Program-made: the position numbers and the translations under genes | Assembly: GCA_963770835.1 (NCBI GenBank) | Contig: CAVYRH010000004.1 | Coordinates: forward strand, 352,001-416,000 | Length of the DNA stretch: 64,000 nucleotides | DNA from: an uncultured Pseudomonadota bacterium | Lineage (GTDB): Bacteria; Oederibacteriota; Muellerivitia; Muellerivitales; Muellerivitaceae | Direction: 5' to 3' | Notes under the pieces: generated by a model | What the model was told of the DNA's origin: nothing | Seen by the model: only the letters and a program-made list of their open reading frames with translations | The model's database searches: none | Part shown: piece after piece, positions 40,166-50,358 of the stretch | How positions within the stretch are numbered: position 1 is the first letter of the stretch | How the letters are laid out: each line of letters begins with the position of its first letter

Positions 40166-40750
40166 ATGGGAGACCCCATGACCCCGTCTTTTGAAACGGC
40201 CCTCGCGTCCTGGCACGATTTCTACCTGCTCGTGGGAACAGGCGCCTTCACATTGATCGGCCTCATGTTCGTTGCCGTGACCTTCGGCGCACACCTCATG
40301 ACTCAAAAGAACTTGGTGATTGCGCGCGCTTTCCTCGATCCCACCGTCATCCATTTCGTCCAGGTGCTCGTCATCTCGGGGATAGCGCTCGTGCCCGGGA
40401 TGGGGCATGAGCTTTTCGGCGGCTTGTTGGTGGCTGTCGGGGTGTTGAGCCTGTTGGTGCTCGTCCAAGTCCACGAGGGCTTGCGGACCGCCCAAGACCA
40501 GTACAACGACATGGAACTGGCGGATTGGGTGACCGGGTTCATCATCCCGTTGGTGGTCTATATCGGGTTCGTGGGCTGTGGCATTGCTTTTTGGATGGGA
40601 CAGATGGCCTTCAGCCTGCTCGCGGTTTTGACCATCATCATCCTGCTCATCAGCATTTATAGCGCCTGGGAACTCATCCTGTGGTTCGCGGTCATGCGCA
40701 AGCCCAACGTTCCTCGAAAGAACCGGGTTAGGAAAAGCTCAAGGGCCTAA
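40166..40750 (+). CDS. Conserved hypothetical membrane protein
   Basis: WHDFY..VG.GA..LIGL.FVA motif; about 5 TM helices; AWEL. Confidence 0.78.
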   Translation: MGDPMTPSFETALASWHDFYLLVGTGAFTLIGLMFVAVTFGAHLMTQKNLVIARAFLDPTVIHFVQVLVISGIALVPGMGHELFGGLLVAVGVLSLLVLVQVHEGLRTAQDQYNDMELADWVTGFIIPLVVYIGFVGCGIAFWMGQMAFSLLAVLTIIILLISIYSAWELILWFAVMRKPNVPRKNRVRKSSRA

Positions 40751-40818
40751 CCGGCCCGGTCCTTATTCTGCTGATAAACCCCAGAACAAATGAGTCAGGC
40801 CCATAGTTTATATATAAG

Positions 40819-41027
40819 GGCACCTCTAAAAATAACTTCAACGGCACCCCTCACCCTAATCTTCTCCCGCAAGGGGCGAGGGGAATGGGGAATTTGCAGG
40901 TCTTTTACACCTTCTCCCTTGAGGGGAGAAGGCCGGGATGAGGGTGGTTTTGGTAAGCAAAGGCACCCTCACCCTACCCTCTCCCCTTGAGGGAGAGGGT
41001 TTCTTATGCCAAGTGCACAGTTCCAAT
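40819..41027. repeat. Second, inverted relative of the 36097 MITE/REP element
   Basis: Ends TGCCAAGTGCACAGTTCC; same REP doublet in reverse orientation; flanked by 12-bp direct repeat TTTATATATAAG. Confidence 0.75.
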
Positions 41028-41375
41028 TTTATATATAAGCTGTTCATCCAAATCCTTGCTCGCGTCCCCAAATCCCTAAATACCCCGAATCTTTTACGCC
41101 CCTTTAAAAAAACAGCTTCCCGGCGAATCAGGTTAAACATTCGTAGGATTAGGCAAATGTTTTGCCTTCGGGGAAGCGCCAACCCAAGACATCGCGAAAC
41201 TGCGCGAGCAAATGGTGGGGGCCCGCGAGCAATTGGCAGGGGTTGGCGAGGCTTAATTGAAACAGCGGTTTCGAATGATATTCGTCATAGAGGCGGCCCC
41301 GGGCTGCCTTTACTATTTTATGGGGACGATTTTGAAAGGCCGGGGAGGTAAAATAGTCCTGATTCGAAGAAATCA

Positions 41376-41478
41376 AGTTTTAAGTTCGCAATGTTAAGTT
41401 CTAAGTTTCGGAAGTTTTTGAAACGGAGTTTCAAAAACACACCTTAACTTAAAACTAAGAACTCAAAACTGAAAACTG
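41376..41478. repeat. Heptamer-period inverted repeat
   Basis: aagtttt/aagttcg/aagttct ... aacttaa/aactaag/aactcaa/aactgaa. Confidence 0.72.
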
Positions 41479-41496
41479 ATTTTAAGGAAGCCCGCC

Positions 41497-43392
41497 ATGA
41501 GCGTCACGGATACCGCCAAACACCTCAACGAAAAAGAAAAAGAATCCCTGGACGTGGCCGAGGGGGCCCGGGAAACGGAATGGACCCAGCCTTCCTTCGT
41601 GGCCGAGCTGTTCATGGGCCGGTTTAGGACCGGCCTGATTTCCCCCTATCCCCTGCAATCCGCGGAGGACAAAGCCGTCGGCGACGAGTTCATGAGGCGC
41701 CTGGAGACCTTCCTCACGGACAACCTGGACCCGGACGAGGTGGACAAGACCGGGGACCTTCCGAAGAAAGTCATCGAGGGGCTGGCCCAACTGGGCTGCT
41801 GGGGCATGAAGATTCCCAAGGAATACGGCGGCCTGGGGCTTTCCCAGATCAACTACAACCGCGCGGTGGCCCTGGTGGCCTCCTATTGCGGCTCGACGGC
41901 CGTGTGGCTTTCGGCCCACCAGTCCATCGGGGTGCCACAGCCCCTGAAGCTTTTCGGAACCGAGGCGCAAAAGAAAAAGTATTTCCCCCAATTCGCCAAG
42001 GGCGCGGTCTCGGCTTTCGCCCTGACCGAGGCCGACGCGGGCAGCGATCCCGCCCACATGGCCACCACCGCCGAACCCTCCACGGACGGCAAAACCTGGA
42101 CGATCAACGGCTCCAAACTCTGGTGCACCAACGGCCTGGTGGCCGACGTGATGGCGGTCATGGCCCGCACGCCCCCCAAAACGGTGAACGGCAAGGAGAA
42201 AAAGCAAATCACGGCCTTCATCGTGGAAAAGGGAACGCCGGGCATCGAATACGTGAGCCGCTGCGACTTCATGGGCATCCGCGCCATCCAAAACGGCGTC
42301 ATCCGATTCAACAACGTGAAGGTGCCCTCCGAAAACATCCTTTGGGGCGAGGGCCAAGGCCTGAAGCTGGCCTTGATCACACTCAACACCGGGCGCCTCA
42401 CCCTTCCCGCCGCCTCGGCGGGCATGAGCAAGCAGGCCCTGCAGATCGCCCGCAACTGGGGCAAGGAGCGCGTGCAGTGGGGCCAGCCCGTGGGCAAGCA
42501 TGAGGCCGGGGCGGTCAAGATCGCCGCCATGGCCGCCTCCACCTTCGCGCAGGAAGCCATGACCTATTACACTTCCGCCCTCGTGGACAAGGGCGGTGCG
42601 GACATCCGCCTGGAAGCCGCCATGGCCAAGCTTTTCTGCAGCGAGGCCTCCTGGAAGATCGTGGACGACCTGATGCAGTTGCGCGGCGGGCGCGGCTATG
42701 AGACGGCCCAATCCCTGCGGACCCGGGGCGAGAAGGGCTACGCGGTGGAGCGCATGATGCGCGATTCCCGAATCAACCGCATCATCGAGGGCACCACCGA
42801 GATACAGCACCTCTTCATCGCGCGCGAAGCGCTCGACAAGCACATGCGTCTGGCCATGGACCTGTTGAACCCCAAGGCCCCGATGGGCCGGAAGATGAAC
42901 GCCCTGGTCAAATGCCTCCTGTTCTATCCCTTCTGGTACCTGAGGATGTGGCTGCCGACGGGGCTCTGGCCCCGCTTCGCGGGCTACGGTTCCCTGGCCA
43001 AGCACATGCGTTTCGTGGAATGCCGGTCCCGCAAACTGGCCCGCACCTTGTTCCACCAGATGGTCAAGTTCGGCCCCAAGCTGGAGCGGCGCCAGAATAT
43101 CCTGGCCCGGCTGGTGGAGGTGGGCACGGAACTTTTCGCCATGGCCACTTCCTGCACCAAGGCCGTGGAACTGGAGAAACAAAACCCCGGCGAAAAGGGC
43201 CCCCGGGAACTGGCCGACCTCTTCTGCCGCCAGGCCCGCCTGCGCATCAAAAATTATTTCAAGGCCGTCTGCCACAACACCGACGTGAGGGATTCCAAAG
43301 CCGCGGTGAAGGCCATGGACGGCGGCTATGAGTGGCTGGAAAAGGGAATCATCGTGGACGACGGACAAGGCTTTAAAGGAAAGAAAGGCTAA
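41497..43392 (+). CDS. Acyl-CoA dehydrogenase (VLCAD/ACAD9-like, long C-terminus)
   Basis: IPKEYGGLG, FALTEADAGSD, NGSKLWCTNG, RVQWG, GGRGY, RIIEGT.EI. Confidence 0.94.
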   Translation: MSVTDTAKHLNEKEKESLDVAEGARETEWTQPSFVAELFMGRFRTGLISPYPLQSAEDKAVGDEFMRRLETFLTDNLDPDEVDKTGDLPKKVIEGLAQLGCWGMKIPKEYGGLGLSQINYNRAVALVASYCGSTAVWLSAHQSIGVPQPLKLFGTEAQKKKYFPQFAKGAVSAFALTEADAGSDPAHMATTAEPSTDGKTWTINGSKLWCTNGLVADVMAVMARTPPKTVNGKEKKQITAFIVEKGTPGIEYVSRCDFMGIRAIQNGVIRFNNVKVPSENILWGEGQGLKLALITLNTGRLTLPAASAGMSKQALQIARNWGKERVQWGQPVGKHEAGAVKIAAMAASTFAQEAMTYYTSALVDKGGADIRLEAAMAKLFCSEASWKIVDDLMQLRGGRGYETAQSLRTRGEKGYAVERMMRDSRINRIIEGTTEIQHLFIAREALDKHMRLAMDLLNPKAPMGRKMNALVKCLLFYPFWYLRMWLPTGLWPRFAGYGSLAKHMRFVECRSRKLARTLFHQMVKFGPKLERRQNILARLVEVGTELFAMATSCTKAVELEKQNPGEKGPRELADLFCRQARLRIKNYFKAVCHNTDVRDSKAAVKAMDGGYEWLEKGIIVDDGQGFKGKKG

Positions 43393-43398
43393 TCTTTC

Positions 43399-43490
43399 AC
43401 CACAGAGTACACAGAGGTCACAGAGTTTAAATTCGGAATGATTTCACAAAAGATTTTTTTTAACTCTGTGTACTCCGTGAACTCTGTGGT
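43399..43490. repeat. Palindromic 9-nt-period repeat element (accacagag family)
   Basis: accacagagtacacagaggtcacagag ... ctctgtgtactccgtgaactctgtggt. Confidence 0.82.
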
Positions 43491-43505
43491 TCAAGGGGTT
43501 TTTAT

Positions 43506-44024
43506 TTGAGAATACGTCCCGGAACAACCGACGATATTGAGGAAGTCTCCCGCGTTTACGCGCAGGCATGGCGGGAAACCTACCAGGGCCTGGCCCCGGA
43601 CCCCTTCGTCAACGGCATGACGGCGGGCGCCGCCGCGCAGATTTTCCGGGACAGCCTTCCCTCCGACACCCATTCCTACTTTTTCCACGTGGCCGAGGCG
43701 CCCCAGCGGCGCCTGGTGGGTTTCGCGGACGGCGGCAAGGAGAGAACCCACCCCGAGAGCGGCCTGGGCGAGCTTTACGCCATTTACATGCTGAAGGAAT
43801 TCCAAATGAAGGGGACGGGCCGCCTGCTTTTCGAGGCGGCGGTGGAAAGCCTGATCCTGTCGGGCATGAATTCCATGGTCGTTTGGGTCCTGGAAATTAG
43901 CCCTTACCGGAAGTTTTACGAATCCCTCCATGGAACCCTGCAGCCCGGCTTCAAGCAATTGAACGTGGCGGGTGAAACCCTTCGGCTGGTGTCCTACCTT
44001 TGGAGCGATTTAAACAGCCTGTAA
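43506..44024 (+). CDS. GNAT-family acetyltransferase
   Basis: AWRETYQG, VGFA, GELYAIY....Q.KGTG, VWVL, FYE. Confidence 0.88.
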   Translation: MRIRPGTTDDIEEVSRVYAQAWRETYQGLAPDPFVNGMTAGAAAQIFRDSLPSDTHSYFFHVAEAPQRRLVGFADGGKERTHPESGLGELYAIYMLKEFQMKGTGRLLFEAAVESLILSGMNSMVVWVLEISPYRKFYESLHGTLQPGFKQLNVAGETLRLVSYLWSDLNSL

Positions 44025-44152
44025 ACCCGATCCATCACCAAGTTAAATGGTTTCCGATTTTTAACAGGGGATTCATAGCTTCTCCACCTCCCAGGCGGGT
44101 AAAATCCTCCCCGTTCCATCATTTTGAGGATTCGTTTTGAGGGAGGCTTCTT

Positions 44153-45094
44153 ATGTTGAACCGCAACGGATTTGTTTTTTTACTAGTCCTCGGGGTTTTC
44201 ACTTGGACTGGTTGTGGAAAGAACCTCGCTCCTTCCAGCCCCAGTAGCGGTTCCAACTCTCCTTCTTTTGCCTTCCAGTTCAATTACGGCGACGAGGGCT
44301 TTTCCGGCACTGGGAACGGCCAGTTTGAAAATCCTTACGGCGTGGCCGTCTATAACAACTGGCTTTTTGTCAGTGATTTCGGCGGCCGCGTCCAAAAATT
44401 CGACTTGAACGGGAATTTTTTGGCGGCCTACACCGGCAACCCCAGCAAGCATTTTTTCGCCCCGCAAGGACTTGCCATCGACAAAAACGGAATCCTCTAT
44501 GTCAGCGATACGGGAAACAACCAAATCCAAGAAATCGACGCCAACGGCAATTACCTGGCGACGCTCGGGAGCGGGACCGCGGACGCGGTCCTGGGCGATT
44601 TTTCGTTTCCCTTGGGCATCGCCGTCGACAGCCAGTCCAATATTTACGTCGCGGACCATACCAATGAAAGGCTGGAAAAATGCAGCCAGACCGGATCAGG
44701 CTGCGTGACCGTGGGTTCCTATAGCTACGTGGCCGGAGTGGCAGTGGACCGATCGAACAACGTCTGGGTGACCGATGAGACCGCCAGTAAAATCTACGAA
44801 TACAGCTCCTCCCTTTCGCTTTTGAATACCTACGGGACCGTCGGATCGGCGGCGGGTGACATCTACTACCCCCGGGGCATCGCGTTGGGGACCGACGGGA
44901 ATTTGTTGGTAGCGGATTACGGTAATTACCGGGTGGACAGGTTCAGCACCAGTTGGAGCTACCTGGGGACGGTCGGGACCCAAGGCCCGGGCAGCGCCCC
45001 GGGCCAGTTTGCTCTTCCAAACTTCATTGCCATGGACGCGGGCGGAAACGTCTATGTCAGCGACTTTACGAACCAAGTCGTTATGAAGTTTTAA
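44153..45094 (+). CDS. NHL-repeat lipoprotein
   Basis: Lipobox WTGC; GQF..P.G.A.D..G..YV.D repeats. Confidence 0.88.
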   Translation: MLNRNGFVFLLVLGVFTWTGCGKNLAPSSPSSGSNSPSFAFQFNYGDEGFSGTGNGQFENPYGVAVYNNWLFVSDFGGRVQKFDLNGNFLAAYTGNPSKHFFAPQGLAIDKNGILYVSDTGNNQIQEIDANGNYLATLGSGTADAVLGDFSFPLGIAVDSQSNIYVADHTNERLEKCSQTGSGCVTVGSYSYVAGVAVDRSNNVWVTDETASKIYEYSSSLSLLNTYGTVGSAAGDIYYPRGIALGTDGNLLVADYGNYRVDRFSTSWSYLGTVGTQGPGSAPGQFALPNFIAMDAGGNVYVSDFTNQVVMKF

Positions 45095-45111
45095 AAGGCC
45101 GCTTCCTTTCA

Positions 45112-45152
45112 AAAGCCACCCCGACCTATGATGGGGTGGCTTTTTTATTTTT
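45112..45152 (+). terminator. Intrinsic terminator
   Basis: AAAGCCACCCC-loop-GGGGTGGCTTT followed by a T-run. Confidence 0.7.
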
Positions 45153-45163
45153 AAGGAGAGCCC

Positions 45164-46279
45164 ATGTCCCACGCCACGCCGGAAGGAACGAAGAAATACG
45201 CCGCGCGGTTTCCGGAGTTCGAAAAGGCCGGGCATTACCGGGACTTCATGGGGCTCACCGTTTCCTCCCTCGGCCTGGGGACCTACCTGGGCCGCCCGGA
45301 CGAGATTGACGATAAGCTTTACGTCGAAGCGGCCAAAACCGCGCTGACTTCCGGCATCAACCTGATCGATTCCGCCATCAACTACCGCTGCATGCGAAGC
45401 GAAAGAAACATCGGGCAGGCCCTTCGGGAGCTGATCGCCGAAGGACGGATCACGCGCGAAGAGGTGGTCATCTGCACCAAGGGCGGGTTCATCCCCTTCG
45501 ACGGGACGCCCGCCGCCGATTTTTCCCAATATTTGCAGGATACCTACGTCAAAACCAAGATTTGCAAGCCCGACGACGTGGTGGCGGGCTGCCACTGCAT
45601 GACCCCCTCCTACCTCAACAGCCAAGTGGAAAAGTCCCTGCAAAACCTGGGGCTGGACTGTATCGACCTTTATTACTTGCACAACCCGGAGATGCAACTG
45701 GACGAGGTTCCCCGGACGGATTTCCTCTACCGCTTGGACCAAGCCTTCGAGGAATTGGAAAGACTGGCGCAAATGGGGAAAATACAGGCTTACGGCACCG
45801 CCACCTGGAACGGTTACCGCGTTCCTTCCAACAGCCAGGATTACCTGTCACTCCACGATGTTTTGAAAACCGCCGAAAAGGCGGGCCGGGGGTCTTCCCA
45901 TTTCAAGGCGATCCAGCTTCCGTATAATTTGGGCATGGCCGAGGCCTACGGGATGCCCAACCAGGTGTTGGGTTCCCAAACCGTTTCCCTTTTGGAGGCC
46001 GCGAAGGCCAACGGTATCGCGGTCTTCACCAGCGCCTCCATCCTCCAGTCCCGCCTTACCCGGAACCTGCCGCCGGTGGTGGCCGAGATTTTTACGGGCC
46101 TTGAAACCGACGCCCAAAGGGCCATCCAGTTTGTGCGCTCCACGCCGGGGGTTACCGCCGCGCTGGTGGGTATGAAGCGCAAGGAACACGTGGAGGAAAA
46201 CATAAAGGTGGCCAATGTGGCCCCTGCATCGGGTGAAAAAGTCGCGGAACTATTTAATGAAGAGGGTTCGCGTTCCTAA
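45164..46279 (+). CDS. Aldo/keto reductase
   Basis: LGLGT, IDSAINY, TKGG, IDLYYLHNP, QLPYN. Confidence 0.92.
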   Translation: MSHATPEGTKKYAARFPEFEKAGHYRDFMGLTVSSLGLGTYLGRPDEIDDKLYVEAAKTALTSGINLIDSAINYRCMRSERNIGQALRELIAEGRITREEVVICTKGGFIPFDGTPAADFSQYLQDTYVKTKICKPDDVVAGCHCMTPSYLNSQVEKSLQNLGLDCIDLYYLHNPEMQLDEVPRTDFLYRLDQAFEELERLAQMGKIQAYGTATWNGYRVPSNSQDYLSLHDVLKTAEKAGRGSSHFKAIQLPYNLGMAEAYGMPNQVLGSQTVSLLEAAKANGIAVFTSASILQSRLTRNLPPVVAEIFTGLETDAQRAIQFVRSTPGVTAALVGMKRKEHVEENIKVANVAPASGEKVAELFNEEGSRS

Positions 46280-46315
46280 GTTTGCCTAGTTCCGAATCTC
46301 CCCCAGGATTTTCCC

Positions 46316-46840
46316 ATGGACAACCGGATTGAAATCCTCAAGGCCGACATCACCACTTTAAAAGTGGACGCCATCGTCAACGCGGCCAACCGGGGACTCC
46401 TGGGCGGCGGCGGGGTGGACGGGGCCATCCACCGGGCGGCCGGGCCCGGGCTTTTGGAGGAGTGCCGCAAACTGGGCGGCTGTGAAACGGGCCAATGTAA
46501 GGTGACGAAGGGCTACGGCCTGCCCGCCCCATGGGTGATCCACGCGGTGGGCCCGGTTTGGACCGGCGGGGGAAAGGGGGAGGAAGGGCTTTTGGCCTCC
46601 TGCTACCGCAATGCCCTGGACCTCGCGGGGAAAATGTCCCTCAAGACCATCGCCTTCCCGGCCATCAGCTGCGGCGTTTACGGCTTTCCCATACCCCGGG
46701 CCTGCGCCATCGCCTGGGAGGAAATCCAGGAAGGCTTATCGCGCCATCCATCCCTGGAAAAAGTCACCCTGGCTTGTTTTGGGGACGAAGTTTATGAGGC
46801 TTATCGGCGCCTGGCTTCTGCGTTTGCACAGGAACCTTAA
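46316..46840 (+). CDS. Macro-domain protein (O-acetyl-ADP-ribose deacetylase, YmdB-like)
   Basis: [45 protein letters not shown]. Confidence 0.94.
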   Translation: MDNRIEILKADITTLKVDAIVNAANRGLLGGGGVDGAIHRAAGPGLLEECRKLGGCETGQCKVTKGYGLPAPWVIHAVGPVWTGGGKGEEGLLASCYRNALDLAGKMSLKTIAFPAISCGVYGFPIPRACAIAWEEIQEGLSRHPSLEKVTLACFGDEVYEAYRRLASAFAQEP

Positions 46841-47418
46841 GGGCAGGTGTTGACCACCATTTCAAGAGTAAAGCTTGAAGTGGTCGAGGCGGGAAAAGCC
46901 GGCGGGAAGGCCGCCCAAGTATAGGCGACATACCGGAGGTTCCCCGAGCCGACAGCGGGGCAGGTATTGGTGTTGCCGGTTTGCTCCAGGGCCAGCCAAT
47001 AAGTGGTGGCCGAAGGCGCGGGAAGCGAGAGGTTGGTCACATCGAGGGTGTTCCAACCCGTGACTGCGTTTTGAGGGACGGAGGCCACGATCAAGTTGCC
47101 CGGGGCGCTGGAGCCGTTGTCATTGTAGACCGCCAGCCAAACCTGTCCGCTGATGGAAAAGCTGCTCACCGGGGTCAAATAAGCCCCCACGCTGATGGCG
47201 GTGGCGGTGGAGGCCAGCGTGACGGGCTGGGCGTAAAGGGTGTTGGCGGACATAAAAAGGTTTGCGGTGAAGCCGGTCGTGACGCCCTGCTGGCTGGGAG
47301 ACGCGCAAAGGGGCGCCGGGGAAGAGGGGGAGGAAGGCGCCGGGGTGGTTTTACTGCCGCAACCCGCGGCGAAAAGCGCCGCGCCGCATAAGGCCAATGC
47401 CCAATTTGAGTTTTTCAT
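46837..47418 (-). CDS. Lipoprotein with small beta-sandwich domain
   Basis: Lipobox AAGC; AVY.D.G..PG.L, GWN, YWLA. Confidence 0.78.
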   Translation of the reverse strand: MKNSNWALALCGAALFAAGCGSKTTPAPSSPSSPAPLCASPSQQGVTTGFTANLFMSANTLYAQPVTLASTATAISVGAYLTPVSSFSISGQVWLAVYNDNGSSAPGNLIVASVPQNAVTGWNTLDVTNLSLPAPSATTYWLALEQTGNTNTCPAVGSGNLRYVAYTWAAFPPAFPASTTSSFTLEMVVNTCP

Positions 47419-47550
47419 GGTCCTCTCCCAGTGGCGACTTTGACAACGGCGTCACTTTAAACTGAAAAAGGAAAGGACTTCAATGCCCCCGGCAAATCTT
47501 TCTTTGAGGGGAATCGAGAAACAAAGAATAAATCCCACCCGGAAAGGTTT

Positions 47551-48600
47551 TTAACCCTTCAGCGAGGCCATGTCGATGACGAAGCGGTAGCGCACGTCGT
47601 TTTTCAGCATGCGCTCGAAGGAATCGTTGATTTTTTGCATCGGGATGACTTCCACATCGGCCCCCAGGCCATGCTCGGCGCAGAAGTCCAGCATCTCCTG
47701 CGTTTCCTTGATGCTTCCCACCTGCGAGCCCGCCACGGCCCGGCGCTTGGCCGTCAGGGCGAAGGGCAGGATAGCCGGGGACTTCGGCGGAAGCCCCACT
47801 AGGACCAGCGTTCCATCCCGTTTCAAAAGCTCCATATACTTGGTGAAGTCGTGGTCGGCGGAAACGGCATCAATGATCAGGTTGAAATAACCGGCGTACT
47901 CCGTGAAGCTTTTGGGGTCGGACATGTCGACGAAACGCTTGGCTCCCAACCGAAAGGCGTCGTCCTTCTTCTTGGCGGAGGAGCTTAGCACCGTCACTTC
48001 CGCACCCATGGCCGCTGCCAGCTTCACGCCCATGTGCCCCAAGCCCCCCAGCCCCAGAATGGCCACCTTTTTGCCAGGTCCGGCGTTCCAATGCCGTAAG
48101 GGTGAATAGGTCGTGATGCCCGCGCATAGCAAGGGCGCGGCCTCGTGGAGCTTCAGTTTTGGAGAAACCTTGAGGACGTAGTTCTCGTCCGCCACAATTT
48201 TCGTGGAATAACCGCCGTAAGTGGGCTTGCCCGTCTCCTTTTCCACGCCGCCGTAGGTCCAAACGATGGTCCCCTCGCAATACTGTTCCAGTCCTTCCTT
48301 GCAGGACTCGCAGGTTCGGCAGGTGTCCACCAAAACGCCGATCCCCGCCATATCACCCTTCTTGAACTTGGAAACGGAGGATCCCACGGCCTCCACCCGG
48401 CCCACGATTTCGTGGCCCGGCACCATGGGGTAACCGCCGAAGCCCCATTCGTTCTTGACCTGATGCAGGTCCGAGTGGCAGACGCCGCAGAAAAGGATGT
48501 CGATCAAAACGTCGTGGGGCCCAGGTTCCCGGCGCTGCAGGTCGAATGGCTTCAAAGTTTCCTTGGCTTGGTGGGCGGCATAGGCTTTTGCGGATGGCAT
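47551..48600 (-). CDS. NADP-dependent zinc alcohol dehydrogenase (cinnamyl-ADH/YahK-like)
   Basis: CGVCHSD, PGHE, CRTCESC..C, APLLCAG.T, GLGGLGHM, RYRFVID. Confidence 0.95.
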   Translation of the reverse strand: MPSAKAYAAHQAKETLKPFDLQRREPGPHDVLIDILFCGVCHSDLHQVKNEWGFGGYPMVPGHEIVGRVEAVGSSVSKFKKGDMAGIGVLVDTCRTCESCKEGLEQYCEGTIVWTYGGVEKETGKPTYGGYSTKIVADENYVLKVSPKLKLHEAAPLLCAGITTYSPLRHWNAGPGKKVAILGLGGLGHMGVKLAAAMGAEVTVLSSSAKKKDDAFRLGAKRFVDMSDPKSFTEYAGYFNLIIDAVSADHDFTKYMELLKRDGTLVLVGLPPKSPAILPFALTAKRRAVAGSQVGSIKETQEMLDFCAEHGLGADVEVIPMQKINDSFERMLKNDVRYRFVIDMASLKG

Positions 48601-48618
48601 ACTTCCCCCTATAAAAAT

Positions 48619-48711
48619 AGTTTTGAGTTCTAAGTTTTAAGTTCTGAGTTGTGGTGTGTTTTTGTTTGCTTTTCCCAAACAAAAACATTCCAAAACTTCA
48701 CACTTCAAACT
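48619..48711. repeat. Heptamer-period inverted repeat
   Basis: agttttg/agttcta/agtttta/agttctg ... aaacttc/acacttc/aaactc. Confidence 0.68.
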
Positions 48712-48833
48712 CATCACGTCGAACAGCCTTTAGGGGGATGCTAGTGGATAAAAATGGTAATAGACAAGGGCAGAACCGCGGAAGGATCAAATATTTTCGA
48801 AGGAAGCGCTTTCGGCGGGCGGGGGTTCACTCC

Positions 48834-49481
48834 CTAAGAGGTGTAAGCTTTTTTGGATGGCCTGAGGAAGGGAAACAACAGGATTCCCGTGAGGAAGCCA
48901 CCCACGTGGGCCCAAAAGGCCACCCCGCCCATGTGCGGGTCGGACAGGGTGGCCATGAAATATTGCTCCAGGAACCAGAATCCCACCACGAAAAAGGCGC
49001 GGGCCGGTATGGAAAAGATGGGGAAGATCAGGAAGAAGAACTGCAGCCGCATTTTCTGCCAGGGGAAGATCACCATATAAAGGGCGCAGATGCCCGAGAT
49101 GGCGCCGGAGGCGCCCACCAAGGGAAGGGTGGAATGGGGGTCCACCATGTATTGCAGGTAACAGGCTCCCAGGCCCGAGAGGAAATAAGCCAGGAGGTAG
49201 TTGAAGCGCCCCAGGCGGTCCTCCACGTTGTCGCCGAAGACGTAGAGGAAGTACATGTTGCCGATCAGGTGCAGGAGGTTGGCGTGCAGGAACATGGAGG
49301 AAAAAACGTCCTTGAAATGCGGGTGGGCGGGGGTGAAGCCGTAGTGCCAGATGATCTTCTCGAAGGATGGCCGCATGGCGGTTTTGAAGAAGATATAGCA
49401 GTTCAACATGATGAGGAGGACATTGACCAAGGGGAACTTCTTGGGCGGGTTACCCTCCTGGACGGGCAGAAAGAAAAACAA
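48834..49481 (-). CDS. Rhomboid intramembrane serine protease
   Basis: SMFLH...HLIGNM, VE.RLG, GASG, AH.GG. Confidence 0.92.
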   Translation of the reverse strand: MFFFLPVQEGNPPKKFPLVNVLLIMLNCYIFFKTAMRPSFEKIIWHYGFTPAHPHFKDVFSSMFLHANLLHLIGNMYFLYVFGDNVEDRLGRFNYLLAYFLSGLGACYLQYMVDPHSTLPLVGASGAISGICALYMVIFPWQKMRLQFFFLIFPIFSIPARAFFVVGFWFLEQYFMATLSDPHMGGVAFWAHVGGFLTGILLFPFLRPSKKAYTS

Positions 49482-49484
49482 AGC

Positions 49485-50183
49485 TCAGGCCTTTGATTTC
49501 TTTTGCGGCATGAGGAAGTGAAGCGCTACCCCCGCCACGAGGGCCCCCAAATGGGCACTCAAGGCGATTCCCGCCGTGGGAATGATGGTAAAGAGAGAAA
49601 TACCGAAGGAGTTCAAGAAGCGTATCAGGAAGGCCAGCTTTGCCCAGGGTGTAAAAGCGATGGCGGCTTGCACCCCCGCCCACAAGACCATCACCCAGAG
49701 GGTGCGGGAAGGGATCTCGAACAAGGGGGCCCCGAAGAAGGAAAAGATCCATTTCATCTTCCCCCAGGGGTACATCAGCAGGTAGATGACGCCCAGGCCG
49801 GTGACGACCCGGGAGGAACCCACCAGGGGGACCACGCCCTGGCGGTGGAAATACCAGTGGGCCAGCTCGCTGGAAAGGGCGATCACCGCATAGGCGATCA
49901 GGTAGTTTATTTTCCCCAGGCGCTGTTCCACGCCTTTTCCGAACATATAAAGGAAGGTCATATTGGTCAAAAGCTGGGCCCAACTGCTGTGAACGAATGG
50001 CCCGGTGAGGATGCCGATGGTGAGGCCGCGCACGGGGATGAAGCCGTAATGGCCCAGGACTTCCAGGAAACCCGGAAGATTGATGGTTTTCAAGGCCACG
50101 ACCACGTTTAAAACGATGATGGCCATGTTGGTCCAGGCGATGTGCTTGGACGCCGGGGTGTCTTCGACGAAGGTGATGAACAA
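49485..50183 (-). CDS. Rhomboid-like protein with degenerate active-site motifs
   Basis: Paralog of the adjacent gene; QLLTN for HxxxN, GSSR for GxSG, AHLGA. Confidence 0.83.
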   Translation of the reverse strand: MFITFVEDTPASKHIAWTNMAIIVLNVVVALKTINLPGFLEVLGHYGFIPVRGLTIGILTGPFVHSSWAQLLTNMTFLYMFGKGVEQRLGKINYLIAYAVIALSSELAHWYFHRQGVVPLVGSSRVVTGLGVIYLLMYPWGKMKWIFSFFGAPLFEIPSRTLWVMVLWAGVQAAIAFTPWAKLAFLIRFLNSFGISLFTIIPTAGIALSAHLGALVAGVALHFLMPQKKSKA

Positions 50184-50254
50184 GATGGAACCTCGGATGA
50201 AACTGGGATGAGAAGGGATTTTAAAGGTTATAAACCAAAAGCCAAGGAATTTTT

Positions 50255-50358
50255 GCCACAGATGAATGGGATGAATTGGATAAAACCTAAAGCCGACGGA
50301 CGAATTTTTAGATTCTTTTTTAATTTATTTCATCCCAATTATCCCATTCATCTGTGGC
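50255..50358. repeat. Palindromic 9-nt-period repeat element (gccacagat family)
   Basis: Perfect 18-bp outer arms gccacagatgaatgggat / atcccattcatctgtggc. Confidence 0.82.
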
